From assembly GCA_002898555.1 (NCBI GenBank), contig BEHR01000014.1, positions 1,416 through 65,415 of the forward strand: a DNA stretch of 64,000 nucleotides. The letters are read 5' to 3'. The stretch's first letter is position 1, and each line of letters opens with the position of its first letter. This DNA is from a bacterium HR15 (lineage in GTDB: Bacteria; Armatimonadota; Fimbriimonadia; Fimbriimonadales; GBS-DC). A model generated the notes under the pieces. That model was given only the letters and a program-made list of their open reading frames with translations, did no database searches and was not told where the DNA came from. This document shows, piece by piece, positions 26,386 to 35,887 of this stretch. The position numbers and the translations under genes were made by a program.

Positions 26386-28227
26386 TTAGGGTTGCGTGCG
26401 CACCCGAACGATGTTGCTTATAGGCGACCCATTGCCGCCCATATCGATGGCGCGCACATAGTATTCATACTCCGTGTCGGGATGGAGTCCTGCATCATCG
26501 AAGGTGGTCTCGCTGCTGAAGGTGCTGGCGATGCGGCGGAACTTGCTTTCATAGGGGGCGCGTCGCCAGATTTCGTAGTAGACCACCTTCTCGTTATCGC
26601 TCGATGCGCTCCAGCTCAGTCGGATGCGTGTGGAGGAGAGGGCATTCCCGGTGAGGTTCGCTGGCTGGGTTGGAGGCATCTTGTCGGGTGGGTAGACGGC
26701 GGTGGCGATGGCGATCGGGGGCGCCTTATCGGTCGCCAGCCACGCCTGATAGAGCCGTTCACCCCAGTCGTCGGTCGTGTTGGCATTCCGCAGAAACTCG
26801 ATGTACTCGCGGGTAATCACCTGATAGTAGAGCGTGGCGCGCACCTTGACCGTTCCGCGTGGCAGAGGATAAGCAGAATCGTCCCAGAACTGCCCGTCGC
26901 GATACACAGCGCCCACGGGCGCGGCGCGCCGCTGCGCAAATGTGCTGTTCCGAAAGCCCATCGGTGGAATGCGGTTATCGAACAATACATTGTCTGCCCG
27001 CACCATGTGGAAGGTTGCGTTCGTGCCTTCCGCCAACTTCGCGCGATAAACTTTCGCCTGAGCATCCTCGATCAGGGTGGCGGTTTCAAAATCGTAGCGT
27101 CCCGATTCGCCAATCACATTGCCCTGTGCGTCGAGGAACTCCACATGCAGCCAGGCACGACGCGATTCGGGATCGCCCGTTGGAAACTTGTGCCCGGTAC
27201 GGTTGTAGACCCGAAAGACAATGGGGTTGCCATATTTCGGTACCTGCTCGATGTTGAGTTTGGCGGCTTTGCGCACCTGTTCGATGGCGCGATAGCGCCC
27301 TGCGGTGAGCGCGTCTAATGCCCACTCGTCATATTCCCAGAACATCGGCAAGATTTGCAGCACCCAGTAGTTGCCGCCCGTGAAAGTATGCCGATGCAGA
27401 TCGGGGCGTACGGGGGCTGCCTCTTCTTCCGCTGCCTTGCCCACCGTTTTCGGCATATGGCAGGTCTGGCACTTCACACCGCGCCGCGCGTAGTCGCTCA
27501 ACAGCCATTCGCTGTAGATGCGCGTAATGGGCATGTACTCGTGAGGGGGCTGATTCACGGGATCCTGCGCCATCGCGGGGTTGCTCACATCGTGGCACAC
27601 GCCACAGAAGTCCCCGCGAGTGTGATAGGGTGAATAGAGCCAGTCGTGGTTGGCGCGTGAATCGGCGCGAGGACCGCGTTTGGCGTTGTTGTCCGAGATG
27701 ACCATCATGCCGTTGCCGTAGCCAGGCACAGGATGGTCGCTAAGGCTGCGCCCTTCGTCGCTAAGCGGATCCACCATGCGATGGCACACATCGCACTGCA
27801 CGCCATCTAAGTCATCGGGTTGGAAGTTCGAGCCATCATAGGGTTGTGAGCGCATTTCCAGCCATGCGGTGGGCGAGTGGCAACGCCAGCAGAACTGCCC
27901 CACCCCAGGCGCATCCTGTTCAGCAATGGTCAGCGCGGCACGAAAGATGGGATCACGCGCCGACTGCGCTTTCATCGAACCCATCCACTGGAAGTGCGGC
28001 TCCTGTTCTGTGGTGAAGTAGCGGTTCACACCGCCTGTTTCGGGGTCATATGCATAGCGGCTATTGCCGTGGCAATACTGGCAAAGTTGCGTGGATTGAA
28101 AAGCATAGCCCGCTGCGTTTGGCTGGGAGCCCGGTAGATAAAATCCACCCCCACCACCCAGCGCCATCAACATTATCGATGGCACAAGATACATGCCTGC
28201 CAAAACCACCCGTTTGCCTAACATCAT
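26386..28227 (-). CDS. Pentahaem c-type cytochrome with C-terminal fibronectin type III domain
   Basis: Five CxxCH: CQYCH, CWRCH, CDVCH, CGVCH, CQTCH. Signal/TM MMLGKRVVLAGMYLVPSIMLMALGG. FN3-like PANLTGNALSSTRIRLSWSASSDNEKVVYYEIWRR...EYEYYVRAID. ORF-track start 28284 lies upstream of the TATAAT at 28278-28273, so it would be outside the transcript that box drives. Confidence 0.85.
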   Translation of the reverse strand: MMLGKRVVLAGMYLVPSIMLMALGGGGGFYLPGSQPNAAGYAFQSTQLCQYCHGNSRYAYDPETGGVNRYFTTEQEPHFQWMGSMKAQSARDPIFRAALTIAEQDAPGVGQFCWRCHSPTAWLEMRSQPYDGSNFQPDDLDGVQCDVCHRMVDPLSDEGRSLSDHPVPGYGNGMMVISDNNAKRGPRADSRANHDWLYSPYHTRGDFCGVCHDVSNPAMAQDPVNQPPHEYMPITRIYSEWLLSDYARRGVKCQTCHMPKTVGKAAEEEAAPVRPDLHRHTFTGGNYWVLQILPMFWEYDEWALDALTAGRYRAIEQVRKAAKLNIEQVPKYGNPIVFRVYNRTGHKFPTGDPESRRAWLHVEFLDAQGNVIGESGRYDFETATLIEDAQAKVYRAKLAEGTNATFHMVRADNVLFDNRIPPMGFRNSTFAQRRAAPVGAVYRDGQFWDDSAYPLPRGTVKVRATLYYQVITREYIEFLRNANTTDDWGERLYQAWLATDKAPPIAIATAVYPPDKMPPTQPANLTGNALSSTRIRLSWSASSDNEKVVYYEIWRRAPYESKFRRIASTFSSETTFDDAGLHPDTEYEYYVRAIDMGGNGSPISNIVRVRTQP

Positions 28228-28272
28228 CGTTATGCCCCTTTCTGGCTTGAACGGGATGTCCAAGCCACAGGT

Positions 28273-28278
28273 ATTATA
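28273..28278 (-). promoter_or_regulatory. -10 box TATAAT for the cytochrome / CuAO-like operon
   Basis: Minus strand GGGGTATAATAC, 45 nt before ATG 28227. Confidence 0.5.
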
Positions 28279-28299
28279 CCCCATTTTACCCTGAAAGGG

Positions 28300-28305
28300 T
28301 ATACT
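28300..28305 (+). promoter_or_regulatory. -10 box TATACT, 9 nt before recO ATG
   Basis: AAGGGTATACTTCATCCTGCATG. Confidence 0.4.
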
Positions 28306-28314
28306 TCATCCTGC

Positions 28315-29070
28315 ATGGCGCGGGAGCAGATTGTGGAAGGGTTGGTACTGCGCCGTTGGAACACCCATGAGACCGATAAATGGGTCAGTCTCCTCACGCG
28401 CGAACAAGGCAAATTGCGTCTGCGCGTGCGTGGCGCGCATAAATCAGGCAGCAAGATGGGGATGCTTTCAGAACCGCTCAACATTGTGCGCACGCGCGTG
28501 ATTCGGGGGCGGCATCAGCAATTGATGGTGCAACCGCAGATGGTCGCGACCTTCCTGAAGGTGCGAAGCGACCTGGAGCGGCTCAGTGCGGCGCTTGCGC
28601 TGGTGGAGCTGCTGGATCGTTGGCTCCCCGAAGAACATGCTGAGCCACTAGTCTACGAGACGGCGCTTGCCGCCCTGAACACCTTGGAGGCAGGTCAGCA
28701 CGCACCATCGGTGTTGGGTTGGGCGATCTGGCGGCTGCTTAAGCTGTTCGGCTACTGCCCCGAACTGGATGGCTGCATGCGCTGCCAGAGGTCCCAGGAG
28801 GAGGGGGAATGGCTGCTGGATCCTGGTGAGGGCGGTTTGCTGTGCGCTCGCTGCGCGGGCACGGTGCAATCCCTACCGCGCTTGAATTCAGCACAACTCG
28901 CTCTTCTGCGCGATTGGCTTCAGAGGGGTTCTCCGGTTGGACAAGGCGAGCAGGAAGCCGCTCTGGCATTGCTCAAGTGCGCCGTGTGCTATGCGGAACA
29001 CTATCTGGAAGATTCCCCGCGCTGGCTGGCTTTCCTCGCCCACTTGAACGCTCTCCCAGAGACCGAATAA
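28315..29070 (+). CDS. recO: DNA repair protein RecO
   Basis: OB-fold N-terminus EGLVLRRWNTHETDKWVSLLTREQGKLRLRVRGA; Cys4 zinc motif CMRCQRS...LLCARC; 251 aa. Confidence 0.85.
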   Translation: MAREQIVEGLVLRRWNTHETDKWVSLLTREQGKLRLRVRGAHKSGSKMGMLSEPLNIVRTRVIRGRHQQLMVQPQMVATFLKVRSDLERLSAALALVELLDRWLPEEHAEPLVYETALAALNTLEAGQHAPSVLGWAIWRLLKLFGYCPELDGCMRCQRSQEEGEWLLDPGEGGLLCARCAGTVQSLPRLNSAQLALLRDWLQRGSPVGQGEQEAALALLKCAVCYAEHYLEDSPRWLAFLAHLNALPETE

Positions 29071-29867
29071 AGCATTCCCAACCCTACCATCAGCCCCAGC
29101 CAAGTGGCAGGCTCCGGAATCACATCGGGAGGTCCCCCGCCACCCCTCGGGATGAACAGGAGACCAAGCATTGGCAATATTGCCCACCAGCCACCTGCGT
29201 GCGCGGCAGGTGCGATGGGCACCTGGGGGGTAACAGCAACAGGTGCAACGATCGGGGGCGGCTCAGGCGCCGATTCGGGCAGCGTCTCCAGCTCGCTCAA
29301 AATGGCAGGCGGAAACAGATCGGCAGCAACCGCTTCCTCCAGCGGCACTTCCACAATTTCCACGCCGGGCAAAACAGGCTCCGACACGGTCGCCATCAGC
29401 TCAGGTTTTGTGGGAGACACCACCGCGGGCGTCGCTGGCGCGCTGAGGGTGGCATCGGGCGGTCGCGGCAAGCTCACCGCGGGAGTCACCGGGTTGCCAC
29501 ACTCCGCCAGCAGCACCGGCTTGTTGTTGCTTTTCAGCACAAACACTTCCTTGCCACGCGGCAACAGACGCCGTTTCACCAGTAGCTGCCCATCGGGTGG
29601 GGCATAATAGACAAAAAACTCGCCGCTGCGTTCCAGCCGGGTCAGGCGCAGATTTTTTTCAAAGAAATCGGCGAGCGCATAGGCAGGCTGCTTGAAGTGG
29701 CGAGCGTAGCGCTGCGCCACCTCAGGTTCCCCGCGAATCTGCTGTGCCAGTTCGCGTGCGCTACTTACCGGACGCACAAGGTAGCTATTGGGCGGCATTC
29801 GCAGAAGTGGATTCGCTCCTGCTCCAGCCGCTACCAACAGGGCGATAAGCATTAACGCAAAGCGCAT
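29001..29867 (-). CDS. PEP-CTERM-anchored secreted protein
   Basis: GGAGG 7 nt upstream of ATG 29867. Signal MRFALMLIALLVAAGAGA. C-terminal VIPEPATWLGLMVGLGMLYSVSGRAFKWARK (PEP + TM + basic tail). Confidence 0.6.
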   Translation of the reverse strand: MRFALMLIALLVAAGAGANPLLRMPPNSYLVRPVSSARELAQQIRGEPEVAQRYARHFKQPAYALADFFEKNLRLTRLERSGEFFVYYAPPDGQLLVKRRLLPRGKEVFVLKSNNKPVLLAECGNPVTPAVSLPRPPDATLSAPATPAVVSPTKPELMATVSEPVLPGVEIVEVPLEEAVAADLFPPAILSELETLPESAPEPPPIVAPVAVTPQVPIAPAAHAGGWWAILPMLGLLFIPRGGGGPPDVIPEPATWLGLMVGLGMLYSVSGRAFKWARKASQRGESSR

Positions 29868-29992
29868 CGAAATTCCTCCTCTCGATGTTTTTCCACATCG
29901 GGTTATGCCCTGTGACCGTGCCATCGCGACAGTAACCCAAGTCGGCTCCTATTTAGACGATGATGACGGTTTCCCTGTTCCCTGGAGGTGCC

Positions 29993-31045
29993 TTATTCGT
30001 GGTTGTGTAGTTCCAGTGTGTGCTGAAGCCCCGTGCGAGGCGGTTCCAACTTCAGATGTGCCCAGGCCGCAGGGGTGGCTAATCGCCCGCGCGGTGTGCG
30101 CTGCAAAAAGCCCAGCTGCATCAGGTACGGCTCGTACATATCTTCGATGGTGCCTGCATCTTCCTGGATGGCTGCGGCGAGCGTATCCAGCCCGACAGGT
30201 CCCCCGCCGAACTTTTCGGTCAGCGTGCGCAGAATCTTGTGATCCATCTCATCGAGTCCCAGCTCATCCACGCCGAGTCGTTGGAGGGCATCGCGTGTGA
30301 TTTCTAAGGTGATTTTGCCCTCGCCCAGCACCTGCGCAAAGTCGCGGATACGTCTCAATAGTCGGTTGGCAATGCGGGGCGTGCCGCGCGAGCGTGCTGC
30401 AATCTCCTGCACCGCCACCTCCTCGATCTCCACCTGCAGAATTCGCGCTGAGCGACGCACAATCTGTGCCAGTTCCTCCACCGTGTAGAACTGGAAGTAA
30501 TGCACGATGCCGAATCGGTCGCGTAGGGGCGAGGTAAGCAGCCCTGCGCGGGTGGTCGCGCCCACCACCGTGAAGGGCGGCAGGTCTAACCGCAGCGAGC
30601 GTGCACCTGCCCCCTTGCCCAGCACGATATCGATCTGGAAATCCTCCATCGCCGGATACAGCACTTCCTCCACGGGGCGACTGAGACGGTGAATCTCGTC
30701 GATAAACAGCACCTGCCCCGGCTCCATGCTGGTTAAAATCGCTGCCAGGTCTCCGGGTCGCTCGATGGCGGGACCGGAAGTGATATGGATGGGCACGCCC
30801 ATCTCGTTCGCGATAATCGTCGCGATGGTGGTTTTGCCCAGCCCAGGTGGACCAAAAAGCAACACATGGTCCAACGGTTCGCCACGCCCGCGAGCCGCCT
30901 GAATAAACACCGATAGGTTCTCCTTCAACTGCTGCTGACCGATGAACTCACTCAGGCGGCGGGGACGCAAAGTCGCTTCGCTCTCCACCTCGTCCCGATG
31001 GCGAGCAGGGTCCACTAAACGCGCGTGCATATTGATTTCTGCCAT
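29993..31045 (-). CDS. ruvB: Holliday junction branch migration helicase RuvB
   Basis: [12 protein letters not shown], Walker [21 protein letters not shown] 31045 lies 8 nt after TAGAAT; ORF-track start 31336 is over-extended. Confidence 0.95.
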   Translation of the reverse strand: MAEINMHARLVDPARHRDEVESEATLRPRRLSEFIGQQQLKENLSVFIQAARGRGEPLDHVLLFGPPGLGKTTIATIIANEMGVPIHITSGPAIERPGDLAAILTSMEPGQVLFIDEIHRLSRPVEEVLYPAMEDFQIDIVLGKGAGARSLRLDLPPFTVVGATTRAGLLTSPLRDRFGIVHYFQFYTVEELAQIVRRSARILQVEIEEVAVQEIAARSRGTPRIANRLLRRIRDFAQVLGEGKITLEITRDALQRLGVDELGLDEMDHKILRTLTEKFGGGPVGLDTLAAAIQEDAGTIEDMYEPYLMQLGFLQRTPRGRLATPAAWAHLKLEPPRTGLQHTLELHNHE

Positions 31046-31053
31046 TCGCTTCG

Positions 31054-31059
31054 ATTCTA
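31054..31059 (-). promoter_or_regulatory. -10 box TAGAAT, 8 nt before ruvB ATG
   Basis: Minus strand GGGGTAGAATCGAAGCGAATG. Confidence 0.45.
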
Positions 31060-31113
31060 CCCCATTCGAGTCGGTCAGCCATTGTTGAACGGGTCGCACC
31101 GGTTGGAATAGGG

Positions 31114-31119
31114 TACAAT
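31114..31119 (+). promoter_or_regulatory. -10 box TACAAT, 4-7 nt before ribBA ATGATG
   Basis: AGGGTACAATTTTGATGATG. Confidence 0.45.
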
Positions 31120-31123
31120 TTTG

Positions 31124-32392
31124 ATGATGGAGGCAATACGACCTGTTGCCAGTACGGTCGGATCGCCTGCTGAGCGCGATCCCACCGTGTTCGCCACGGT
31201 GGAGGAGGCGATCGAGATTATCCGCAACGGTGGCATGCTCATCGTGGTGGACGATGAGGATCGCGAGAACGAGGGCGACTTCGTTATGGCAGCGGAGAAG
31301 GTCACGCCCGAAGCTGTGAACTTCATGCTGCTGCATGGGCGTGGGCTACTTTGCTTACCCACCGAGGGCTGGCGACTGGACGAACTGAACATCCCGATGA
31401 TGACCCAGGTCAATGCGCCGTTCGGCACGCCGATGGCGGAGGCGATCGACGCGCGTGAAGGGATTACCACCGGCATCTCCGCTTTTGATCGCGCCCACAC
31501 CATCCGCTTGTTCGTCAGCCCTGACGCGAAGCCGAGCGATTTTGTGCGCCCAGGGCATGTGTTTCCCCTACGCGCTGCGCCCGGCGGCGTGTTGAAGCGT
31601 GCGGGGCACACCGAAGCAGCGGTGGACCTTGCCAAACTTGCCGGACTGTTCCCTGCGGGGATTATCTGTGAGATTCTGAACGAGGACGGTTCAATGGCGC
31701 GGATGCCTCAGCTGATTGAAATTGCACGCCAGCACCATCTGAAAATCTTGACCATCGCAGATCTGATCGCCTACCGTCGTCGCCACGAGAAGCTCATTCG
31801 CAAAGTGGTGCCCCCTATCCACCTGCCCACACGCTATGGCATCTTCGCTCTCCATGCCTACGAAAGCGAGGTGGATCCACATCCCTATCTCGCGTTGGTG
31901 ATGGGCAAGGTGGATGATGGCGAGCCAGTGCTGGTGCGCGTGCATTCCAGCTGCGTCACTGGGGATTTGCTCGGTTCCCTCCGCTGCGATTGCGGCTCGC
32001 AGCTCCAGCTTGCGCTCCAAAAGATCGGCGAGGAGGGGCGCGGCGTGCTGGTCTATATTCTGCAGGAGGGACGCGGCATCGGACTGCTGAACAAGCTGCG
32101 TGCCTATCACCTGCAGGATCAGGGACTGGACACGGTGGAGGCGAATCGTGCGCTCGGTTTCAAACCCGACCTGCGCGACTATGGCATCGGCGCTCAGATT
32201 CTGGTGGACCTCGGCGTGCGCAAACTGCGCCTAATGACCAACAATCCGACCAAAATCGCGGGACTGGAGGGTTACGGACTGGAAGTGGTGGAGCATGTGC
32301 CCCTGATTGCCCCACCGACCGAATACAATCAGCGCTACCTACGCACCAAAGCCGAAAAGCTCGGACACCTGCTGGAGCTGGAGACGGAGTAG
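31124..32392 (+). CDS. ribBA: Bifunctional 3,4-dihydroxy-2-butanone-4-phosphate synthase / GTP cyclohydrolase II
   Basis: [18 protein letters not shown] (RibB), CDCGSQL zinc site and EGRGIGL (RibA). ATG 31124/31127 directly after TACAAT 31114-31119. Confidence 0.95.
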   Translation: MMEAIRPVASTVGSPAERDPTVFATVEEAIEIIRNGGMLIVVDDEDRENEGDFVMAAEKVTPEAVNFMLLHGRGLLCLPTEGWRLDELNIPMMTQVNAPFGTPMAEAIDAREGITTGISAFDRAHTIRLFVSPDAKPSDFVRPGHVFPLRAAPGGVLKRAGHTEAAVDLAKLAGLFPAGIICEILNEDGSMARMPQLIEIARQHHLKILTIADLIAYRRRHEKLIRKVVPPIHLPTRYGIFALHAYESEVDPHPYLALVMGKVDDGEPVLVRVHSSCVTGDLLGSLRCDCGSQLQLALQKIGEEGRGVLVYILQEGRGIGLLNKLRAYHLQDQGLDTVEANRALGFKPDLRDYGIGAQILVDLGVRKLRLMTNNPTKIAGLEGYGLEVVEHVPLIAPPTEYNQRYLRTKAEKLGHLLELETE

Positions 32393-32394
32393 GA

Positions 32395-32973
32395 TTAACC
32401 CCCCAAAGCGACTGCCTGCAGCTCGGTATAGCGCGAGCCAGAAGGGCGCAACTCGCTCCGCATCAAGCTTAGATAGGTGGCGGTGAACTGCCCCACAGTG
32501 GCAGGTTGCAACCGGGCGACTGCTTTCTGCAAGCGTTCAGGCAAGGGTGTTGCCGGGGATGATTTCTGCCGGTTCATCTTGATACGCGCCAGCGTCACAT
32601 GAGCGTGGAATGGCTTGTCGGCTTTGCCCATCAGCAGCCGTTCCAGCGTTGCGGCCACTTTGCCCATTGGCTCCGCACCCGCCTTGGCACCGACCCACAA
32701 CACGGTGGGGCGTCGCCAATCCGGGAACGCGCCCAGTTCCCCGATGGTCACTTCAAATGGCTGTACCTGCTGCGCCGCGGTGCGCATCGCCTGCTCGATA
32801 ACGGGCAATCGCTCTTCAGATTGCTCGCCCAGAAAAAGCAAGGTGAAGTGAAAGTTTTCGGGTGCAACCCAGCGCAAAGCAGGGTCAGGCAGCTGCGCTT
32901 TCAGCTGCGCCTGCAATCTGCCCAGTTGCTGCATCAAATCGGGCGGGATCAGGATCGCGATAAAGAGTCGCAT
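32395..32973 (-). CDS. thpR: RNA 2',3'-cyclic phosphodiesterase (2H family, LigT/ThpR)
   Basis: Two HxT motifs HFTLLFLG and HVTLARI. MRLFIAILIP start at ATG 32973. Confidence 0.85.
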   Translation of the reverse strand: MRLFIAILIPPDLMQQLGRLQAQLKAQLPDPALRWVAPENFHFTLLFLGEQSEERLPVIEQAMRTAAQQVQPFEVTIGELGAFPDWRRPTVLWVGAKAGAEPMGKVAATLERLLMGKADKPFHAHVTLARIKMNRQKSSPATPLPERLQKAVARLQPATVGQFTATYLSLMRSELRPSGSRYTELQAVALGG

Positions 32974-34208
32974 CCGCCTTTCAGGATACCCTGCCGCAGC
33001 AGGGTGAGAGCGGCTTGGGACGCGCGCCATTTAATCGTGTGGCGATCGCCCAGAAAGAGGTGGCGCTGTACCATCGTGCCGGTTGGGTCGCTCAGGCTGA
33101 TATAGACCATCCCGACAGGTTTCTCGGGTGTGCCGCCCGAGGGCCCTGCGATCCCTGTGATGCCGATGCCCCAGTAGCTGCCGAGCCGTGCGCGCACCCC
33201 TTCTGCCATCGCGCGGGCAGTCTGCTCGCTCACCGCGCCATATTGCTCCAGAATCGTGCGCGGCACCCCAAGTTCCTGTTCCTTAACGGCATTGCTATAG
33301 GCAACGATACCGCCGATGAACACCTCGGAGCTGCCCGGCACCTCGGTGATACGGTGGCTGAGCAGCCCGCCCGTGCACGATTCGGCATTCGCCAAGCTCT
33401 GTCCATGCTCGCGCAAGAGATTCACCACCACTTGCTCCAGTGTGGTTTCGTCCGTGCCATAGATAGAGTCGCCCAGCCGCTCGCGCACGGCACGCTCCAT
33501 CTGGGCGATTAGCTGTTCAGCTTCATCGGGCGAGCTGGCTTTTGCGGTGATGCGCAGATGGACCTCCCCCAAGTGTGCCAGTGGTGCCAGTGTTGGGTTC
33601 GATTGGCGCACCAGGTCTTGCAGCTGCGCTTCGGCATCCGCTTCGCCAATGCCACATAGGCGCAGCACGCGTGAGCGAATCACCATGCCCGCGGTGCGCC
33701 CCTTGAGCAAGGGGATTATTTGCTCGTGCACCATCGGCTCGAACTCGTTAGGCGGTCCGGGCAAGGCAAAGAGCCACTTGCCCTCGCGTTCCACTTTCAA
33801 TCCCGGCGCGGTGCCGTAAGGATTGGGGATGGTTTCGGCGGAGGGTGGACGATATGCCTGCCGCAGTTGACTCGGGGTCGCTTCGCGCCCACGCGCGGCA
33901 AAGAGCTGTTGCAGATGTGCGCCCAGCACCGGGTCATATTCCAGAGGTTCGCCCAGTGCATCGGCAATCGCTTCGCGGGTAAGGTCATCCTCCGTGGGCC
34001 CCAGCCCGCCGATGGTGATGACCACATCCGCGCGTGCAAGGGCGGTACGCAGCGCGGCGGTAATTCGGTCGCGATTATCGCCCACGGTGGTACGCCAAAA
34101 CACTTGCACACCGATTGCCGCCAACTCGCGCGAGAGGAAGGCGGCGTTCGTGTCCACAATCTGCCCCAGCAATAGCTCCGTGCCCACCGAGACAATCTCG
34201 CAAGTCAT
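32949..34208 (-). CDS. cinA: CinA (competence/damage-inducible protein; MoCF-biosynthesis-like + PncC nicotinamide-nucleotide amidase domains)
   Basis: MTCEIVSVGTELLLGQIVDTNAAFLSREL, ITIGGLGPTEDDLT, C-terminal ESCTGGLL. Confidence 0.9.
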   Translation of the reverse strand: MTCEIVSVGTELLLGQIVDTNAAFLSRELAAIGVQVFWRTTVGDNRDRITAALRTALARADVVITIGGLGPTEDDLTREAIADALGEPLEYDPVLGAHLQQLFAARGREATPSQLRQAYRPPSAETIPNPYGTAPGLKVEREGKWLFALPGPPNEFEPMVHEQIIPLLKGRTAGMVIRSRVLRLCGIGEADAEAQLQDLVRQSNPTLAPLAHLGEVHLRITAKASSPDEAEQLIAQMERAVRERLGDSIYGTDETTLEQVVVNLLREHGQSLANAESCTGGLLSHRITEVPGSSEVFIGGIVAYSNAVKEQELGVPRTILEQYGAVSEQTARAMAEGVRARLGSYWGIGITGIAGPSGGTPEKPVGMVYISLSDPTGTMVQRHLFLGDRHTIKWRASQAALTLLRQGILKGGCDSLSRS

Positions 34209-34531
34209 TCTGACCTTCCTTCCATCGTTGATCGCTTCAGGATATCCACACGCTTTAGAGCGCCAACCCGACGAGAGATTAACTGATGATTTGCTGTGGA
34301 TATCTTTCCAGGACGCGCAAAACTGGTGATCTTTAATGAGCCGGTAGAGAAGTCTTCATTGACAATCTGCACGGCATGTGGATCTCCATAAGGGTTGCTG
34401 GTGACTTGAGATAGAATCCAGTCATTATGAGGTACGGAAGCGAAGATAATTGCAGGGCGGAACCTATACTGGCTGAGGTCAGAAAATGGAAAGGGTACCA
34501 GCACCACATCGCCTACTGTAAGCGGCTCCAT
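34205..34531 (-). CDS. PemK/MazF-family toxin
   Basis: GDVVLVPFPFSDLSQYRFRPAIIFAS ... ILSQVTS; 108 aa. Stop overlaps cinA start by 4 nt. Confidence 0.8.
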   Translation of the reverse strand: MEPLTVGDVVLVPFPFSDLSQYRFRPAIIFASVPHNDWILSQVTSNPYGDPHAVQIVNEDFSTGSLKITSFARPGKISTANHQLISRRVGALKRVDILKRSTMEGRSE

Positions 34532-34728
34532 GCGCTGTCCTCCTCGGGGCGGTTCCAGTCCTCGGCCAAAGCAGCTTCACTCAGGAGCGCGGTTTCACTG
34601 ACCTCAGCCACCGGCTCGTCCAGTATCAGCAACAAGGCACGCCGGCGTGTCGGGAGTTGGACGGGCTGCAACAATATGACCGTTCCGTCCCGTTCCACAA
34701 CCGCTTCAACGGTTAACACCTTACTCAT
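34513..34728 (-). CDS. Putative antitoxin of the MazF-like toxin
   Basis: 71 aa from ATG 34728, 19-nt overlap with the toxin. C-terminal LSEAALAEDWNRPEEDSAW acidic tail common in small antitoxins. TATCAT 8 nt upstream. Confidence 0.55.
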   Translation of the reverse strand: MSKVLTVEAVVERDGTVILLQPVQLPTRRRALLLILDEPVAEVSETALLSEAALAEDWNRPEEDSAWSRLQ

Positions 34729-34736
34729 CACCAAAC

Positions 34737-34742
34737 ATGATA
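34737..34742 (-). promoter_or_regulatory. -10 box TATCAT, 8 nt before antitoxin ATG 34728
   Basis: Minus strand GGGGTATCATGTTTGGTGATG. Confidence 0.4.
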
Positions 34743-34746
34743 CCCC

Positions 34747-35832
34747 TCAAAACACCAAGGTGCGGGAGACACTGAGCGGGAACTCTTGTGAATAAGCGAA
34801 GTTGAACCCGCCGATACCCAGCCCTGCTGTCCAGCCAGTGCGCGAGGCATAGCCTGAGCGCAAGATGAGCGGTCCCAGCCGCTGCTCCGCGCCGAAGCGC
34901 AGCTCGCTGCGTCCTGTGCGATTGCCGATATCGATGATGTCGAGCGCAAACAGTGTGCCTGTCCCTGTCTCCATCGCGAAGCCGGCATGCACCGCGCGAC
35001 GTAACGGCTGTAGCCGAATCGGATTACCGTTCCGATCGGTTGCGTCGATGCGCACATCGGGTTCCACGAGATTTTCTACCACCAGCGCCAGGGTGTATGG
35101 AATGGTGCTATCGGGCTTCCAGATAAACCCAATATCGACACCGGTGGTGCGCCGCTCCATGAAGTCGCGCCCACCCAGTTCGGGGGCGCGGGCAGCGCTC
35201 CCATTATCGCGTAGTGCTTGCTCATCTGCAAAGTAGTGGGTGTAGAACACGCGCAAAGTACGCATGCGCGCCCCGATTGCCAGCTCGCCACCTTGCAACG
35301 GCAGGCGGATGCCGCCTGTGACATCGGGCAGGCTGACCGCAGCCAACGCGATAATGTCGCCCCGGGCATCGTTCGGGATATTGGCGGGATTGCCGTCGGT
35401 ACGCGCCCAGTTGCGCAACGAAGCGTTCGGCAGGAAGCGGGCATCCATTACACCGCCTACCGAAAGACCGAACCCATTCACGATGAGACCGAAGTCACCT
35501 TGCAAGGTCATGCGGGTGTCTTCATCGGCGAAGCGGCGGAGCAGGCGTGCACCTTTGTCGATATCGACACCGCTTCCCTGCCGGAATTCCAGCGCGTCGA
35601 ACAGGTCGTCCAATGCAGCCCCTTGCGCCCCTATATCGAAGTTGCCCATCCCCAGCCGAAAGCCACGCACATAGGCAATCGCGGCGGGATTCAGATAGGA
35701 CTGTGAGGCAGGGTCGCGTAGAATTGCCAGCCCGGCGCCGCCCATCCCTTTATTCACCGAGCCACCAATCGAAATATCTGCCCAGCAGCTCATCGCTGCC
35801 CATCCTAAAAGCGCAAGTGCTATCCTTCGCAT
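34747..35832 (-). CDS. Putative outer-membrane beta-barrel protein
   Basis: GGAGG 7 nt before ATG 35832. Signal MRRIALALLGWAAMSCWA. Gly/aromatic-rich alternating strands; C-terminal ...SVSRTLVF (terminal Phe). Confidence 0.5.
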   Translation of the reverse strand: MRRIALALLGWAAMSCWADISIGGSVNKGMGGAGLAILRDPASQSYLNPAAIAYVRGFRLGMGNFDIGAQGAALDDLFDALEFRQGSGVDIDKGARLLRRFADEDTRMTLQGDFGLIVNGFGLSVGGVMDARFLPNASLRNWARTDGNPANIPNDARGDIIALAAVSLPDVTGGIRLPLQGGELAIGARMRTLRVFYTHYFADEQALRDNGSAARAPELGGRDFMERRTTGVDIGFIWKPDSTIPYTLALVVENLVEPDVRIDATDRNGNPIRLQPLRRAVHAGFAMETGTGTLFALDIIDIGNRTGRSELRFGAEQRLGPLILRSGYASRTGWTAGLGIGGFNFAYSQEFPLSVSRTLVF

Positions 35833-35887
35833 CGTCATGCCTCCTCGCCCTCTATTTTGATGGGCGCGGCGGGTTTCCTGCTGTATT

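Noticed and set aside
31046-31123. FMN riboswitch expected upstream of ribBA.
   Set aside because: The ruvB-ribBA spacer is only 78 nt and is occupied by two divergent -10 boxes. ribBA appears leaderless, so there is no room for an FMN element of ~130 nt or more.
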